Notes under the pieces: model-generated
The model's database searches: none
What the model was told of the DNA's origin: nothing
Seen by the model: the letters and a program-made list of their open reading frames with translations, nothing else
Shown here: one piece after another, positions 60,845-64,000 of the stretch
How the letters are laid out: each line of letters begins with the position of its first letter
How positions within the stretch are numbered: the stretch's first letter is position 1
Translations under genes and position numbers: made by a program
Assembly (NCBI GenBank): GCA_963826115.1
Contig: CAWGVS010000010.1
Span: 224,001 to 288,000 of the forward strand
Reading direction: 5' to 3'
DNA: 64,000 nt
DNA from: an uncultured Candidatus Rokubacteria bacterium
GTDB taxonomy: Bacteria; Methylomirabilota; Methylomirabilia; Rokubacteriales; DASRDR01

Positions 60845-62764
60845 ATGAGGCGCCCGGTGTTCGTCTCGCTCCGCACGAAGCTCCTCACCGGCACGCTGCT
60901 CATCGTCGCCGTCCTCATGGCCGCCGTGACCGCGGTCGTCGAGCACCGGCAGCGGACGACCATCATCGAGGAGGTTCACCGGCGCGGGACGGCGATGGCG
61001 GAGGGCCTGGCCGGGGTCTCGGCGGGCGCGCTCCTCCTGTACAACTTCACCGCGCTCGAGCAGAACGTCGTCCGCTTCGACCGCGAGACCGACGTCGTCT
61101 CCGCGATGATCCTCGACCGTTTCGGCCAGGTGGTGGCGCACAGCCGGACGCCCGCCGCGGTGGGGTCGACGCTGTCGGACCCGGTGTCGCTCCGCGCCCT
61201 CTCGGCCGCGCCCGTGCTCCAGGAGACGGCCGGGCCGGACGGCGAGGCTCTCTACGACGTCGCCGTGCCCATCCTCGTCGAGGGAGTCCGGTGGGGCACG
61301 GTGCGGATCGCGCTGTCGCGCCAGCGCATGGACGCGGAGATCTCGGGCACGCGGCGCGAGCTGGCCATGGTCGCGGTGGTCGCCCTCGTGCTGGGCGGGC
61401 TGGCGACGGTGATCGTCGGCCGCCGGATGACCCGGCCGGTCCGCCAGCTCGCCGACGGCGTCGCCGCGATCGCGCGCGGCGAGCTGGACCAGCGCATCGA
61501 ACCCGGCCGGTCCGACGAGCTGGGTCGCCTGGCGCTCGCCTTCAACGAGATGGCGGCCCAGCTCCGGCAGCAGCGGACGGACCTCGAGGTTGCCGACGCC
61601 GCGCTCCGCCAGCGGTTCGCGGAGCTCTCCGACCTCAAGAGCTACACCGACCACATCCTCCGGTCGTTCGTGAACGGCCTGGTGACGCTCGACCTGGACG
61701 GCCGGGTGGTCACCGTGAACCCCGCGGCGGAGGCCCTCACGGGCCGCGCGGCGGCCGAGCTCACCGGGCGCCCGACGACGGAGACGTTCCAGAACGCGCC
61801 GGAGCTCCGGGACCTGCTCCTCGAGACGCTGCGAACCCGGGTCGGCGTGCCCCACGTGTCGCTGATGCTGCCCCGGGGCGACGGCCCGCCGGTCCCGGTG
61901 GAGGTCACCACGACGCCCCTCCGCGGGGCCGAGGGGCAGGCGCTCGGCGTGGTGGCGATCCTCCGCGACCTCACCCCCGTTCGCCAGCTGGAGGAGCAGC
62001 TGCGGCGCTCCGACCGCCTCGCGGCGCTCGGCACCCTGGCCGCCGGCCTGGCCCACGAGATCAAGAACCCGCTCACCTCCATCATGACGTTCAGCCGCCA
62101 CATCGCCCGGCGATTCGACGACGAGCGGTTTCGGCAGCGGTTCCAGAGCGTCGTCCCGCGGGAGCTCGAGCGCATCAACGCGATCGTCGACGGGCTCCTC
62201 CGGCTCGCCCGGCCCGCGCGCCTGGTCCTGGCGCCGGTGCACGTGCCGCCCCTCATCGAGCAGGCCCTCGAGCTCTACGCTCCGCAGATCGAGGCCCGCC
62301 GCATCCGCGTGCGGCGCGAGTGGCCGATCGGCATGCCGCCCATCCCGGGGGACACGGAGCACCTCTACCAGGCCTTCCTGAATCTCGTCGCGAACGCGAT
62401 CGACGCGATGGAAGAGGAAGGGGGGACGCTCACCCTGCGCCTCGGCTGGCCCCGGGACGCCGACGGGCTCGGCCACGCCGTGCGCGACCGGGTGGTGCTG
62501 GAGGTGATCGACACGGGGAGCGGCATCAAGCCCGAGGAGACGCCCGAAGTCTTCAACCCGTTCTTCACCACGAAGTCGGGGGGCACCGGGCTCGGTCTCG
62601 CCATCGCCCACAAGATCATCGAGGATCACGGAGGCACGGTGACGTTCCGGAGCAGCCCCGGCCAGGGGACGGTGTTCACCGTGGTGCTCCCGGTCCGCGC
62701 CGGCCGGCACGCCGAGCCCCTGGTCCGCGGGGAGTGGCGAGTCGGGGGTCAGGCTCCCCCGTGA
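60845..62764 (+). CDS. Membrane sensor histidine kinase (TM-periplasmic Cache-like-TM-HAMP-PAS-HisKA-HATPase; NtrB/AtoS-like)
   Basis: HAMP motif DELGRLALAFNEM, PAS segment, H-box AHEIKNPL, N-box NLVANAIDAM, DTGSGI and FFTTK.GGTGLGL. Confidence 0.94.
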   Translation: MRRPVFVSLRTKLLTGTLLIVAVLMAAVTAVVEHRQRTTIIEEVHRRGTAMAEGLAGVSAGALLLYNFTALEQNVVRFDRETDVVSAMILDRFGQVVAHSRTPAAVGSTLSDPVSLRALSAAPVLQETAGPDGEALYDVAVPILVEGVRWGTVRIALSRQRMDAEISGTRRELAMVAVVALVLGGLATVIVGRRMTRPVRQLADGVAAIARGELDQRIEPGRSDELGRLALAFNEMAAQLRQQRTDLEVADAALRQRFAELSDLKSYTDHILRSFVNGLVTLDLDGRVVTVNPAAEALTGRAAAELTGRPTTETFQNAPELRDLLLETLRTRVGVPHVSLMLPRGDGPPVPVEVTTTPLRGAEGQALGVVAILRDLTPVRQLEEQLRRSDRLAALGTLAAGLAHEIKNPLTSIMTFSRHIARRFDDERFRQRFQSVVPRELERINAIVDGLLRLARPARLVLAPVHVPPLIEQALELYAPQIEARRIRVRREWPIGMPPIPGDTEHLYQAFLNLVANAIDAMEEEGGTLTLRLGWPRDADGLGHAVRDRVVLEVIDTGSGIKPEETPEVFNPFFTTKSGGTGLGLAIAHKIIEDHGGTVTFRSSPGQGTVFTVVLPVRAGRHAEPLVRGEWRVGGQAPP

Positions 62765-63216
62765 GCGGGCCGGCCGCGGGCGCGCAGCACGAAGGCGCGC
62801 CGCCGCCCCCGGGGGATCCCCCGCGAGCCCTCCTCGTCGAGGACGAGCGCTTCGTGGGCGAGCTCCTGGCCGAGTACCTCTCCCTGGAAGGGTACGAGGT
62901 CGATCGGGCGATGGACGGGCGGGAGGCGCTCGCACTCGTGCGGCAGCGCGACTATGCTCTGATCGTCAGCGACGTGCGGATGCCGGACGTCGACGGCCCG
63001 ACTCTCTACCGCGAGCTCCAGGTCGCGCGCCCCGAGCTGGCGCGGCGCATGGTGTTCGTCACCGGGGACGTCGTCAGCACCGGGACGCGCCGGTTCCTCG
63101 ACGAGACGTGCCTCCGCTACCTGGAGAAGCCGTTCACGATCGCGCAGTTCCAGAGGGTGGTGCAGGGGGTGCTGGCGGCGCCACCGCCGCCGGGCCGCGG
63201 ACCGGCGGCTACTTGA
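62761..63216 (+). CDS. Single-domain response regulator (receiver)
   Basis: LLVEDE, IVSDVRMPDVDG, FVTG and LEKPF. GTGA overlap with the kinase stop. Confidence 0.87.
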   Translation: MSGPAAGAQHEGAPPPPGDPPRALLVEDERFVGELLAEYLSLEGYEVDRAMDGREALALVRQRDYALIVSDVRMPDVDGPTLYRELQVARPELARRMVFVTGDVVSTGTRRFLDETCLRYLEKPFTIAQFQRVVQGVLAAPPPPGRGPAAT

Positions 63217-64000
63217 GCCGCTTGAAGCGCAGACGATGCGGCCGCTCGGCGTCGGCGCCGAGCCGCTTCTTCCGGTCCGCCTCGTAGTCGGCGTAGCTGC
63301 CCTCGGACCAGATCACCCGCCCCTCGTCCTCGAAGGCGAGGATGTGGGTCGCGATCCGGTCGAGGAACCAGCGGTCGTGGCTGATCACCACGACGCAGCC
63401 CGCGAAGATCAGGAGCGCCTCCTCGAGCGCGCGCAGCGTGTCGACGTCGAGGTCGTTCGTGGGCTCGTCGAGCAGCAGGAGGTTGCCGCCCTGCTTGAGG
63501 AGCTTCGCCAGGTGGACGCGGTTCCGCTCGCCGCCCGAGAGCTCGGCGGTGCGCTTCTGCTGGTCGGCGCCCTTCAGGTTGAACGACGCCACGTAGCTCC
63601 GCGAGTTGAGCTGGCGCTTGCCGAGCGTCAGCACGTCCGCGCCCTCGGAGATCTCCTCCCACACCGTCTTCTTCCCGTCGAGCGAGTCGCGGCTCTGGTC
63701 CACGTAGGACGGGACCACGGTGTCGCCCACCCGGATCGCGCCCTGGTCGGGCTTCTCCTGGCCGATGATCATCCGGACCAGCGTCGTCTTGCCGGCGCCG
63801 TTCGGGCCGACCACCCCGACGATCGCCCCGGGGGGGATCGACAGGGAGAGATCGTCGATGAGCACCCGGTCGCCGTAGCCCTTCGTCAGGTGGTCGGCGA
63901 CGACGACGACGTCGCCGAGGCGCGGGCCGGGCGGGATCACGATCTCGATGTCGTCGGACCGGCGCTCGACCTCCTGCTGGAGGAGCGTCTCGTAGGCGGT
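63209..64000 (-). CDS. ettA: ABC-F translational throttle protein EttA (5' truncated by window edge)
   Basis: IPPGPRLGD, GPNGAGKTT, YVDQSRDSLD, LSGGERNRVHLAK, SHDRWFLDRIATHIL and RKKRLG.DA..PHR..FK.L. Confidence 0.92.
   Translation of the reverse strand, partial: TAYETLLQQEVERRSDDIEIVIPPGPRLGDVVVVADHLTKGYGDRVLIDDLSLSIPPGAIVGVVGPNGAGKTTLVRMIIGQEKPDQGAIRVGDTVVPSYVDQSRDSLDGKKTVWEEISEGADVLTLGKRQLNSRSYVASFNLKGADQQKRTAELSGGERNRVHLAKLLKQGGNLLLLDEPTNDLDVDTLRALEEALLIFAGCVVVISHDRWFLDRIATHILAFEDEGRVIWSEGSYADYEADRKKRLGADAERPHRLRFKRLK

Overview
Very GC-rich (roughly 70%+, by eye) bacterial window. Its gene content (many peptide and sugar ABC solute-binding proteins, AOR, caa3-type oxidase, GT-C/discoidin proteins) resembles Candidatus Rokubacteria/Methylomirabilota, but that is inference only. 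Most of it is ordinary metabolism and transport: Gfo/Idh/MocA oxidoreductases, aldehyde:ferredoxin oxidoreductase, PaaK, a sugar ABC, two Dpp/Opp-type ABC clusters, M24 peptidase, CspA, RNase D, a cytochrome c oxidase operon, RecQ and EttA. It also has one IS630-family element and a giant subtilisin/Calx-beta surface protein. About a dozen single-base frameshifts between 9.8 and 34.8 kb look like long-read indel errors. The standout is 56.6-63.2 kb. An NtrC-type sigma-54 response regulator is followed by TGCAC-N8-GTGCA palindromes, an IHF-consensus site and a -24/-12 promoter. Downstream lie four tandem 48-aa signal-peptide-bearing genes ending in (C/S)DSGGGGGW, then an orphan DppA-like peptide-binding protein, a HAMP-PAS histidine kinase and a single-domain receiver. 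This layout suggests an undescribed secreted-peptide autoinduction (quorum-sensing-like) circuit. The function is inferred from architecture and is untested.
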